This document shows, piece after piece, positions 11,723 through 21,689 of a stretch of DNA of 64,000 nt (position 1 is the stretch's first letter; each line of letters opens with the position of its first letter). A model generated the notes under the pieces. It had not been told where the DNA came from. It saw only the letters and a program-made list of their open reading frames with translations, and ran no database searches. Both the position numbers and the translations under genes were made by a program. Source of the stretch: an uncultured Desulfatitalea sp. (lineage in GTDB: Bacteria > Desulfobacterota > Desulfobacteria > Desulfobacterales > Desulfosarcinaceae); contig CAXXMB010000002.1 of the NCBI GenBank assembly GCA_963668675.2, forward strand, positions 2,816,001 to 2,880,000. Direction: 5' to 3'.

Positions 11723-13911
11723 CCCGACCGACACAAACGCAACCGGTTCTACCGAGCACACCGGTTCAGGAAACCGCCCACAAAGATGCGGCCATGGAGT
11801 GGTGGTTTTTCCAGGGATGGTTTAAGGGAGAGTCAGCGGAGTTGCGCCATTTTATGGTCGCTTTTTTTCAGCAGGGTGAGCACTCTTCTTCTGCCGAACA
11901 GCTGACGGGCCATACGCTGCTGCTTTCCCACCTGAATCCCAAGACTTCAGATCATTGCTATCGCAGCCAAATCTCACCAGCGGTTTCCGATCTGCTTTAC
12001 CATTACCGCGAAGAGATCAAAGTGGCCGATTTCGACAACGCGATGATCGACGATCTTATGGACGAAATTCGTACCTATGGGCCGCCCCGGCCGATTGTTG
12101 AAAATGCAACTCCAGTGAAATCAGCCGCAAACAGACTATATGTGCAGTGGGCGGATACGGTGATTCGACAGGTTGGAGAACAGTTTTTTCTGCACTACGA
12201 ATCTCCGGATGAACAACTGCCGTGCCGCTTCGTTTTATCCCCGCGCTCAAGTCGTATCTTTCATGAACTGGATGCAGGGCTCGACCAGACCATGGCCTAT
12301 GCGTCCATACCCCGGATGACCCTTGAAGGTACGGTTGCAGGATCGCCGGTGCTTGGCGAAGCCTGGTTCGATCACCAATGGGGAACCTATGCCTGGTTCG
12401 CAGCCGAGGGACGCGGAAGACAGGTGCTCGGCTGGGATTGGTTTGGTATCAATCTCGATGATGGTAGCGACCTTTTGTTGTTGATCCATAGAGACATGCA
12501 GAACCAGCGTATCTTGAAGCAAAATGCCATATATATCCCTGCAGAAGGACCTTCTCGAGAACTATCATCATTTAGGGCCGACTCTTTTTACTCCTGGAAG
12601 AGCCCCGTTACCCTCAGCGAATATCCATTGGGCTGGCAGATCGAACTTCCGGAGATTGACGCATCCCTGGCCATTACGCCGTTGGCCGATGATCAGGAAT
12701 TGGCTCTGTTCGGCGTCATGCGGTCCACCTGGGAGGGCGCCTGCAATGTGCGGGGGACGAAACAGGGCAGAAAGGTCTCCGGCCGAGCCCGCCTGGAATT
12801 GCACGGATATGGCTATATTTTCGATTTTAGAACTTATCTGGATCGTTGGGTGGCAAGAATTGACCGGCATATCGAAGCATTTCTGCCGCCGGAGATGGAT
12901 ACCAAAAGCCTCTCTTCATATGTGGATTCACAATGCCGTTATGACTTGGGCGCCCAGACCCAGATGCTAAACAGGCCGGTATGGGATATGATGGCGCGCG
13001 GCGGTAAGCGCTGGCGGCCTGTCTTTGGGTTTTTGCTTCTGAATGCCCTGGGGAAAAGCCACCTCCCGTTCGAACGTCTCCTGTCTGTTTTTGCGGAGCT
13101 GAGCCATCTCGGTTCGCTGATCATCGATGATATAGAAGATCAATCACCATTGCGACGCGGCGAAGCGTCGATTCACCTGCGCTACGGAACCGACCTTGCG
13201 ATCAATGCGGGTAACACCCTCTATTTTCTTCCATTACTGCTGTTGGAAAATCACCCGCATTTGTCAATTGCTCAGCGGGAACGCGTCTACCAGGTGATGA
13301 TACGGCAATATGTCCGTACGCATTTCGGGCAGGGGATGGATATCTACTGGTCCAAGTTCGTCTCCGGTGATAATCTGCAACCATGGATCGATGGGTCCTT
13401 GTCCGCAAAGGTGCTCGACATGTATGCGGATAAAACTGCTGCCCTCGTCATCGGCATGGCAAAGTTGGCCTGTATCATTGCGGAAGCAGAGGAGAAGGTC
13501 CAAAAAGCTTGCGTTAATTTTGCGCGGTCTTTCGGCGTGGCCTTCCAGATTATGGACGATGTGCTTAATTTCAGTAATTCCGGCAAGTGGACCAAGGTAA
13601 TCGGAGAAGATCTTTCGGCCGGGAAGCTCACCTATGTTTTTGTTAAAGCGATGGAGAAGACAGAGGGTAGTGCGCGTGAAACACTGCAGCGCCTCGCCTG
13701 CGATGAAGGATACCGGCGCGATTTCCATCATATCGAGACAGGCCTTCGAATCATTCAAGAATCCGGCGCGCTGGAAGAGTGCCGCCGGGAGGCGCACTCC
13801 ATGGTTCAGGCGCAGTGGCATGAACTATCCAGGCACCTCGTGCCATCTGAGCCCAAACTCATGCTGCGCCTGTTATGTTCCAAACTGACGGACTTGACTT
13901 TCGTCGCATAG
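11713..13911 (+). CDS. Fusion of AttH/CrtC-like lipocalin-fold domain and trans-polyprenyl diphosphate synthase
   Basis: N-term EWWFFQG, AWFDHQWG, GWDWFGINLDDG, WKSP..YPLGW, DQEL, WEG; C-term GGKRWRP, DDIEDQSPLRRG, GQGMD, KT, FQIMDDVLN, EDLSAGK. Confidence 0.9.
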   Translation: MFLTRPTQTQPVLPSTPVQETAHKDAAMEWWFFQGWFKGESAELRHFMVAFFQQGEHSSSAEQLTGHTLLLSHLNPKTSDHCYRSQISPAVSDLLYHYREEIKVADFDNAMIDDLMDEIRTYGPPRPIVENATPVKSAANRLYVQWADTVIRQVGEQFFLHYESPDEQLPCRFVLSPRSSRIFHELDAGLDQTMAYASIPRMTLEGTVAGSPVLGEAWFDHQWGTYAWFAAEGRGRQVLGWDWFGINLDDGSDLLLLIHRDMQNQRILKQNAIYIPAEGPSRELSSFRADSFYSWKSPVTLSEYPLGWQIELPEIDASLAITPLADDQELALFGVMRSTWEGACNVRGTKQGRKVSGRARLELHGYGYIFDFRTYLDRWVARIDRHIEAFLPPEMDTKSLSSYVDSQCRYDLGAQTQMLNRPVWDMMARGGKRWRPVFGFLLLNALGKSHLPFERLLSVFAELSHLGSLIIDDIEDQSPLRRGEASIHLRYGTDLAINAGNTLYFLPLLLLENHPHLSIAQRERVYQVMIRQYVRTHFGQGMDIYWSKFVSGDNLQPWIDGSLSAKVLDMYADKTAALVIGMAKLACIIAEAEEKVQKACVNFARSFGVAFQIMDDVLNFSNSGKWTKVIGEDLSAGKLTYVFVKAMEKTEGSARETLQRLACDEGYRRDFHHIETGLRIIQESGALEECRREAHSMVQAQWHELSRHLVPSEPKLMLRLLCSKLTDLTFVA

Positions 13912-14028
13912 TATTAAAGCCCATCCCAAGAACGAATCTTGGGTCATAAGGGGGAGGTCATAAGTGGGACGCCTATCAGTCATACAACGCCTTTCCTGTG
14001 AGTTAGATATGTTCAACCGCTAGCATAA

Positions 14029-14250
14029 ACCAAGGCCCAGTGCAAACTGATCCATCACCGTTCCACGTGCCGTTATGTCAAAGAGCTCAAGAGCGGTAAA
14101 CTCAAGATCGATAAAGCCAAAGTCAAGCAAGATGAAACGCTTGACGGCAAGTATCTGCTTTCAACCAGCGATCTGCACCTTTCAGCCGAAGACATCGCCT
14201 TGGGCTGCAAGCAACTGCTGGAAGTCGAACGTGCCTTCAGGACGCTGAAT
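14029..14250 (+). mobile_element. IS1634-like transposase internal fragment
   Basis: Translates as ...GKLKIDKAKVKQDETLDGKYLLSTSDLHLSAEDIALGCKQLLEVERAFRTL; no start codon or termini. Confidence 0.75.
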
Positions 14251-14329
14251 TTCATTCAGTCTATATCTTGCTGATATATTGATGTTTTTCCGTTTTCGTG
14301 TAACTATGACGGTCGAACGAGTGTAAAGA

Positions 14330-14805
14330 TCCGGCGTTAAAGCAGGTGAGCAGAGGCGTTTACCGGCTGAAGGAACTGCCTCCGATATCCAACCCGGACC
14401 TGGTTACCGTATGCCTCCGGTACTCTAATGCCGTCATCTGTCTTATTTCCGCCTTGTTGTATCACAACCGAGATTCCGCACTCAGTTTACTTGGCTGTAC
14501 CAAGAAACTCAAGAATACCGTCAATCGACTATCCTCCAATTCAAGTCCATCGTTACTCTAATCAAGCATACAACGTCGGAATCGAAAGGCATGTCATTGA
14601 TGGTGCGTCTGTAAAAATCTACACCCCGGAAAAGACCCTTGCCGATTGCTTCAAATTCAGAAACAAAATTGGAATGGATGTTGTCCTTGAAGCGCTTAAG
14701 CTATACAAATCGCGAAAAAAATTAGATCTTAAAAAGCTACTTATGTTTTCCGAGGTGTGCCGTGTAAAGAAAATTATGATGCCCTATCTGGAGGCAACGA
14801 TCTGA
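14330..14805 (+). pseudogene. abiEi: AbiEi (type IV TA antitoxin), N-truncated and frameshifted
   Basis: SRGVYRL...AVICLISAL in one frame continues as TTEIPHSVYLA...KIYTPEKTLADCFKFRNKIG in another (shift near 14460). Confidence 0.85.
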
Positions 14806-15710
14806 CCAAAAGACTGCTGAAAAATATCGCGGCGTCTGTAAGGTAAAAACTGCTAAATAAATCAAGGGCTGATATTCGTCCTTTTCATGAACTTGTTCAA
14901 TATTATGCCATGGAGCGGTTTCTATATCGCCTTTCCCTATCTCACCATGCAAATCGATTTATTCTTAAAGGGGCCTTGATGCTTCGTATTTGGCAGGCTC
15001 CCGAAATCAGACCGACGATGGACATTGATTTGCTTGGCAGGACAAATAATGATACCTCACAGCTTACGTCCATTGTAGAGGATATATTATCTATTGAGAT
15101 TGAACCGGATGGCCTAATTTATTTGGCTGAACAGATAAAAGTTGAGACGATTGCCGAAGAGGCTGAATATCAAGGTGTAAGAATCTGGTTCCCTGCAAAA
15201 ATAGATACAATGTCGCTGAATATGCAAATTGATATCGGATTCGGTGATGTTGTTTATCCCGCGCCTGAAATAACTGAAATCCCCTCCATGTTAGAATTCC
15301 CCTCACCGTGGTTGCTGTTTTACAGCCGTGAGAGTTTGATTGCTGAGAAATTTGAAGTGATGCTGAAACACCGTGAATTGTATAGTCGGATGAAGGATTT
15401 TCATGACATCTGGTTGCTCTCCCGCAATTTTGGCTTTGAAGGAAGGGAGCTATCGGAAGCCATAAAGTTGACACTTGAACAACGCGGGACTTCTTTACCA
15501 GTCAACATAGTTGCCTTTTCTAATGAGTTCATCTCAACCAAACAAACCCAATGGAATGCTTTCCGGAAAAAACTCAGACAAGATCACATTCCTGAAAAGT
15601 TTGAAGAGATCGTCAAGCAAGTGAAGGATTTTATCGGCCCTATTACATCGGCACTGATGTCGGACAAATCACCTCCTTCAAAATGGTCTGCTCCAGGTCC
15701 ATGGGTATGA
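14802..15710 (+). pseudogene. abiEii: AbiEii nucleotidyltransferase toxin with disrupted N-terminus
   Basis: ERFLYRLS, FILKGAL, RPTMDID, DIGFGD, AEKF, SRMKDFHD; upstream in-frame KNIAASVR*KLLN (TAA 14844-14846); CTG at the expected start 14802. Confidence 0.85.
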
Positions 15711-18634
15711 ACATGGCGTATCAGGAATTATTCAAAAAGTATAACTCCCTATTAGAACAAGTTGATCAATTAACACGAGAAAACCGAAGGTTGAAAGCCA
15801 AACTCGGATTGCAGGAAGCACAAGCCCCACGAAACACAACCCAAGCAATTCAGATGGAATTTGTGCCTGATGGTGAATCGAATGATATAAAGCCTCTTAT
15901 AGATATTAACAGCACCTCGGATTCAACTTCGAAAATTCGGCTGTTTATGTCCCTGTTCAAAGGTCGTAAGGATGTCTACGCAAGGCGATGGGAAAATAAA
16001 AATAAAGGAACATTGGGGTACGCACCGGTATGTCTGAATCAATGGCAACCAGGGGTATGCAGTAAGCCCAAAATTCCCTGCTCAAAATGCAAAAATAAAG
16101 CATATGCCGTACTGGATGAAAATGTCATTGAGGATCATCTCAGAGGAAATACCGTCGTCGGCATCTATCCCATGTTGCCGGATGAAACATGCTGCTTTCT
16201 GGCAATGGATTTCGATGAGGCGGACTGGCTAAAAGATGTATCCGCGGTACGGGATGTTTGCAACGAGTTTGAGATCCCCCTGGCGATTGAACGTTCACGT
16301 TCCGGTGTTGGTTGTCATGCTTGGTTTTTCTTTGAAAAATCAATTTCTGCCGTTCTTGCACGGAAATTCGGTACTTCCCTGCTTACCTGTACAATGGACA
16401 GGCGACATGAAATAAAATTTCAGTCCTATGACAGGTTGTTCCCGAGCCAGGACACCATGCCCAAGGGCGGTTTGGGAAACCTGATTGCGCTGCCGCTGCA
16501 AAAAACAGCCAGGGAAAAATCAAACAGTGAATTTGTCGATGATAGTTTTCGATCGTATAGTGACCAATGGAGATTCCTCTCCTCGATTCAAAGAATTTCA
16601 GAAAACCAATTAGAAGATCTTATCTCAGTACTTTCCCATGGGAATGAGTTGGGTAATTTAAAGATAGACGAAGAAGAGAAACCCTGGGAAACTCAGCGTC
16701 CAAAAAAAATATTAGAAAAAGACGATTTTCCAGATCATCTCGAAATTATCAAAGCGAACATGCTGTATGTTCCGAAAGCCGGAATCTCCCAAAGGGCACT
16801 CAATCGGTTGAAGCGTCTCGCATCATTTAAAAATCCGATGTTTTACCGGCAGCAGGCTATGCGTCTGCCTACCTACGGGCATCCGCGGGTCATCTCTTGC
16901 GCCGATGAAACCAAACACTATCTGTGCCTGCCCAGAGGATGCGAGCCGGAATTGCTTGATGAACTCGAAGCACTCGGCATCGATGTCAGAATAGTCAACA
17001 AAACCTTTAGTGGCAACAGGATAGATGTGGAATTCAAAGGCCAACTTAGAGATGAACAGCCCTTGGCCCTCAAACATCTGCTCCAGCATGAAATTGGCAT
17101 CCTTTCAGGCACAACAGCCTTTGGCAAAACAGTCGTGGCAATCAAACTAATTGCGGAGAAAAAAATAAACACGTTGATCTTGGTGGACAAGATCAGCCTG
17201 CTGTCGCAATGGAGGGAAAGGCTATCAGAATTCCTCACAGTCAACGAAATATTGCCGGAGGAACCAATCACCCAGCCCCCCAAAAAAGGGCGCAGGAAAA
17301 AGAAAAGCGTTATCGGACAAATAGGGGGTGGTAAAAATGCACTGAGCGGGGTTATCGATATTGCAGTCATGCAGTCGCTCAGCAGACAGGGTGAAGTCAA
17401 GCAATGCGTCAAAAATTATGGTGTCGTCATTGCCGATGAATGTCATCATGCCTCGGCATTCACCTATGAACAGATTTTAAAAACAACCAATGCAAAATAC
17501 ATTTATGGCCTCACCGCCACACCGACACGAAAAGACGGGCACCACCCGATTCTGTTCATGCATTGCGGCCCGATCCGCTATCGGGACAATCCCAAAAAAC
17601 AGGCAGAGAACAGACCGTTTGATCATTACATTATCCCCCGATTTACCTCCTTGAGAATTCCTCTGGGCACCGATTCAAAAGACCTATCCATTCAGGAATT
17701 ATATTCAGAAATCATGGATAATGACTTCAGAAAACAGTTGATCGTCGAGGATGTACTCAAAAATTATCGTCAGGGCAGAAGCTGCCTTGTTTTGACCCTC
17801 AGAACGGCCCATGTGAAGCGGCTTACAAAAAGAATAGAAGAAAATATACCGGACGTCATTGCTCTCACTGGTGGCATGGGAAGGAAGTCAACCCAGGAAG
17901 CCTTCGAGCGTATCGCCGACATCCCCGTCGGAAAAAATATCGTTCTGGTGGCAACCGGTCATTTTATCGGTGAGGGTTTTGACGAGCCGCGCTTAGACAC
18001 GCTTTTTTTGGCCATGCCAATATCCTGGAAAGGAACGCTGCAGCAATATGCAGGCAGACTCCACCGCCTTTATAAAACGAAAAAAGAGGTCCGGATCTAT
18101 GATTATGTAGACATCCAGGTAAAGATGCTCGAGAGCATTTACCAAAGGCGCCTGAACGGATACGCCTCAATGGGATATAAGGCCAAGGGGGAAGAGGTTA
18201 TGGACACCCCACTGGATATCATATTCAATAAGGATAATTTTATTTCTGTATTCAATCAGGATATTATTGCGGCTAATAAAGAAATCCTGATCGTGAGCCC
18301 GTTTGCACGAAAAAGACGTACTCTTCAAATGATACAGCATTTGAAAAATGCAATCGGGGAACACATCCATATCACCGTAGTGACCCGCCCGAAAGATGAC
18401 TTCCCAAAGAAAAATCATTCTGTTTTGCAGAAGGCTTTGAATCTCTTAACCCACAGTGGGATAAACATCATATACAAATCGAATATTCACCAGAAATTTG
18501 CCATCATGGATCAAAAAATCGTGTGGTACGGAAGCATCAACCTATTGAGCTACGGGAGCGCCCAGGAGAGTATCATGCGGATTGAAGGCTCTAATATTGC
18601 GAACGAATTGATCAAAAGCATAGAAAATGCGTGA
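15707..18634 (+). CDS. AEP primase (TOTE-like) + SF2 DExH helicase + PLD-nuclease-like fusion
   Basis: GIYPML..FLAMDFD, ERSRSG.GCHAWFFF, GNLIALPLQ; TTAFGKT, DECHH, TAT, GEGFD, QYAGRLHR; C-terminal HQKFAIMD...GSINL. Confidence 0.88.
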   Translation: MNMAYQELFKKYNSLLEQVDQLTRENRRLKAKLGLQEAQAPRNTTQAIQMEFVPDGESNDIKPLIDINSTSDSTSKIRLFMSLFKGRKDVYARRWENKNKGTLGYAPVCLNQWQPGVCSKPKIPCSKCKNKAYAVLDENVIEDHLRGNTVVGIYPMLPDETCCFLAMDFDEADWLKDVSAVRDVCNEFEIPLAIERSRSGVGCHAWFFFEKSISAVLARKFGTSLLTCTMDRRHEIKFQSYDRLFPSQDTMPKGGLGNLIALPLQKTAREKSNSEFVDDSFRSYSDQWRFLSSIQRISENQLEDLISVLSHGNELGNLKIDEEEKPWETQRPKKILEKDDFPDHLEIIKANMLYVPKAGISQRALNRLKRLASFKNPMFYRQQAMRLPTYGHPRVISCADETKHYLCLPRGCEPELLDELEALGIDVRIVNKTFSGNRIDVEFKGQLRDEQPLALKHLLQHEIGILSGTTAFGKTVVAIKLIAEKKINTLILVDKISLLSQWRERLSEFLTVNEILPEEPITQPPKKGRRKKKSVIGQIGGGKNALSGVIDIAVMQSLSRQGEVKQCVKNYGVVIADECHHASAFTYEQILKTTNAKYIYGLTATPTRKDGHHPILFMHCGPIRYRDNPKKQAENRPFDHYIIPRFTSLRIPLGTDSKDLSIQELYSEIMDNDFRKQLIVEDVLKNYRQGRSCLVLTLRTAHVKRLTKRIEENIPDVIALTGGMGRKSTQEAFERIADIPVGKNIVLVATGHFIGEGFDEPRLDTLFLAMPISWKGTLQQYAGRLHRLYKTKKEVRIYDYVDIQVKMLESIYQRRLNGYASMGYKAKGEEVMDTPLDIIFNKDNFISVFNQDIIAANKEILIVSPFARKRRTLQMIQHLKNAIGEHIHITVVTRPKDDFPKKNHSVLQKALNLLTHSGINIIYKSNIHQKFAIMDQKIVWYGSINLLSYGSAQESIMRIEGSNIANELIKSIENA

Positions 18635-18843
18635 ATAGATCTAACTCACTTTATCGCACAGGGGGTATTTTAATAATCCTATATTTACCCAATGAATTAA
18701 TAAGATATAACCTTCTGTATTTTTAGGAAATATGTGGTGGAGGTCTCAGAGCCTTAATTCAACCACGTCTGAAACACGATAAATCCGCGTAAGTTCTTTC
18801 GGATAACACAGATCCGAACCAAAGCTAACCTATTTTATTCATA

Positions 18844-18906
18844 GGACTTAGAGAAATCCAATTCTCTGATTTTTCCCCAAACAGAGAACGGACGTGAGTT
18901 CGACTC
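18844..18906 (+). repeat. att-like direct repeat copy A ending in a tmRNA/tRNA T-arm-like core
   Basis: GAGAAATCCAATTCTCT...AAACAGAGAACGGACGTGAGTTCGACTC; similar to 20901-20966. Confidence 0.75.
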
Positions 18907-18947
18907 ATTCCGCCATGCCCAGCGTAACACATCAAAACCACATCTGA

Positions 18948-20114
18948 TCAGCGTGGCAGCTCCGTACCTTCATTCATGATCCGGATGTATTCCACATAGG
19001 AATAGAGGCGGTTTCTCTTCTGACCGGTTACCTCTTTGACAATGCCAAGCTGCTCCAGTTCGCGTAGGCAGGCATTGACGGTCGCCGGTGAAAGCTGGGT
19101 CTTTTCCTGAATCCAGTTTGGCGAGGCCATCGGCCGTTCCAGCATCGCCTTGTGAATCAGGTGTGCAGAGCCGGAGATGCGTTTCAGGCCGTTGATACGC
19201 TGACCATCCTCGGCAGATAGCTTCATCAACTGCTGGGCTGTCTCCACTGCCTGCGTTGCTGTGTGAATGACCGCGTCTGCAAAGAAATCCAGCCACGCCT
19301 CCCAGTCTCCTGTCAGACGCACTTCATTGAGCAGCTCATAGTATTGCTGTCGGTGAGTTTTGAAATATAAACTCAAGTACAGCATCGGCTCCTTGAGCAC
19401 CTTCTCGGAGCAAAGCAATAGGGTAATGATCAAACGGCCCAGACGTCCGTTACCATCGAGAAACGGGTGGATGGTTTCAAACTGAACATGGGCCAAGGCC
19501 GCTTTGATAAGGACAGAAGTCTTCTCTGGCTGGTCGTGCAGAAAAAGCTCCAGCTTGCCCATGCACTCCTGAACATTTTCCGGAGGCGGTGGGACGAAAG
19601 CAGCTGTACCGGGACGGCTGCCACCAATCCAGTTCTGACTTCTGCGAAACTCGCCTGGATCACATTCCTTGCCGCGCCCCTTGGATAGCAAAACACTGTG
19701 AATCTCTTTCAGCAATCGGAGTGAAAGCGGAAAATCTTCATTCAGCCGGTTCAACCCGTGATTCAGCGCCGCCACATAATTACTGACCTCTTGCACGTCA
19801 TCAAGAGGTACGCCGGGCTGATGCTCAAATTCAAAAAGCAACAGGTCGGAAAGTGAGGACTGGGTTCCCTCGATCATCGAGGACAGAACCGCCTCTTTGC
19901 GCACATACATATAAAGAAAGAGTGAGGTATCCGGGAGTAACACCGAAACACTGTCCAGACGACCGAGCGCCAGCAGAGCCTGATCAAACTTTTCCCGGAG
20001 TTCTGACGACCATTCAATTGGCGGTGTGGGCGGCAACGGAGCCGGAACAAAGGCTTGCGCCTTTTCCCCGACTGTCGAAATGGTTATGTAATGGCCTTGT
20101 AGATTCCGGTTCAT
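18948..20114 (-). CDS. Fic family protein with C-terminal wHTH
   Basis: Canonical HPFLDGNGRLGR; KEAVLSSMIEGT; GEFRRSQNWIG. Confidence 0.95.
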   Translation of the reverse strand: MNRNLQGHYITISTVGEKAQAFVPAPLPPTPPIEWSSELREKFDQALLALGRLDSVSVLLPDTSLFLYMYVRKEAVLSSMIEGTQSSLSDLLLFEFEHQPGVPLDDVQEVSNYVAALNHGLNRLNEDFPLSLRLLKEIHSVLLSKGRGKECDPGEFRRSQNWIGGSRPGTAAFVPPPPENVQECMGKLELFLHDQPEKTSVLIKAALAHVQFETIHPFLDGNGRLGRLIITLLLCSEKVLKEPMLYLSLYFKTHRQQYYELLNEVRLTGDWEAWLDFFADAVIHTATQAVETAQQLMKLSAEDGQRINGLKRISGSAHLIHKAMLERPMASPNWIQEKTQLSPATVNACLRELEQLGIVKEVTGQKRNRLYSYVEYIRIMNEGTELPR

Positions 20115-20900
20115 GCTCTTATTTCACTTTTTGAATTAACGGATTTCTTATTTTAACTTAATGCGAAATCTAAAATAACGTGATAGCCGCCAGTTGTCAA
20201 GGGACTGTTCCGGAATGCCGTCCAGACTTGGGTTGAAGAAAGATGTACATCCTCTATGCGGTGCAGACTTGCCGATTTTTTGGAAAAGGAAATCTACGTT
20301 AACTTCGTTTCCCGAGCCATCCGGACCAAAATTGCCAAAATCGGCCGTCTGGTGGTTCCATCGGTGGGGAAATCGGCATTTTTACCCCTTCCCAAGCGTT
20401 ACTCCAGACTTGAGTTTTTGAACGGGTGGTCGGCAAATGTCGTTTGATGTGTTGAAAACCAGCGTCCGACCGAAACAGCACCCGCAACTCCTTTATCTGC
20501 CTCACATTACCGCACTGCTGTCCCGGCACATTCGAAACACGAGCAGGAAATCAGCATTTATTCGGTTTCTTTTTAACGCTCCTCAGACTTGTTCGTTCAG
20601 GAGTAGCACAAGCACCCGATTCTCTAACTCAAGTCTGATCGGATAAAATCCGCAATACATTGTAAACAAAGGGCTTTTAGCACGCCCGATTTTTCATCAA
20701 TTCAGAAAATCGGGGAAATGGGAATTGACTTTATATGTCAATTTCCCGGACTTCCGGACGGAGCATGAGTTGTGTTAACACTACGAACTAAAAAATCGGA
20801 GGACACGGAGCCTTACCCCAATTCGTTCTCCAAACCAAAATACATCCGCAAACCCTGTTTATTCAACACCTTACAAGACATCAAATTCCTTCAGCCTGCC

Positions 20901-20966
20901 GGACTCCGAGAGAAATTTAATTCTCTACATTTTCCCGAAACAGAGAACGGACGTGGGTTCGATTCC
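20901..20966 (+). repeat. att-like direct repeat copy B
   Basis: GAGAAATTTAATTCTCT...AAACAGAGAACGGACGTGGGTTCGATTC. Confidence 0.75.
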
Positions 20967-21065
20967 CAGTTGCATATCAAACGCAGTGTTATCGCAACCC
21001 AGGTCTCCAAAATCTTGTTGCTTTTCTCCTACGCTTAACCGAAGCCCTTCGATATCAGAAGGTTA

Positions 21066-21656
21066 TCAAAGCGCGGGCCGTTTCCGATGAGGCGGAAACG
21101 AGATTGATAAAACTTCCGCAAAGGCGTCTATTCTGTCAAACAAAGAAATGACAATGTATTTCCCTGCCACATTTATCAACGAAAACCGCGTTTGGCTGAC
21201 CATGAACTGCTCCGGGAGGGAATGGGACTGTTTTCGACTGGTGGCGGTCTGCTTTTTACTTTTCACGACATCGAACAACAATCGAGTACCGATATACAGT
21301 AAGACGAACCCGGCAAAAAACTTGAAATTTTTCGGGTCAGGCAGATGCTCGATGCGCACCCAGGCCCCTATGAAAACGCCTGGCAAAGTGCCGATGATCA
21401 CCGCCCAGGTCAGGGGCCATACCATCCTTTTTTCTTTCAGGTATCGCCACACGCCGCTTGGAATGGCAACGATATTAAAGACCTGATTGGTGGCCGAAAC
21501 CGATGGTGCCGTGTAGCCCAGGACGCTCACTTGAAAGGGCAAGAGCACAAAAGCGCCGGAAACACCTCCCATGGATGTGAAAAAAGACACCGCGAACGCC
21601 ACCAGGGGTGGGACAAAAAGATATGTCTCCACGCCTGAGACAGTGAAGCGGGTCAT
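21066..21656 (-). pseudogene. TauE/SafE sulfite exporter family, C-terminally truncated
   Basis: FFTSMGGVSGAFVLLPFQ, SVSATNQVFN; only the first half is present; family-like sequence ends near 21180. Confidence 0.75.
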
Positions 21657-21689
21657 CAATGAGTGCAGTACTTCCAGGATTTCTCCCGT

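Noticed and set aside
13940..14010. Possible integron attC (..CAAC...GTTAGAT) and GGTCATAAG repeat
   Set aside because: Too short, no internal dyad, no integrase or cassette array
20299..20529. ORF containing VLFRSDAGF, reminiscent of an IS1380 motif
   Set aside because: Single short match with no other transposase motifs or IRs
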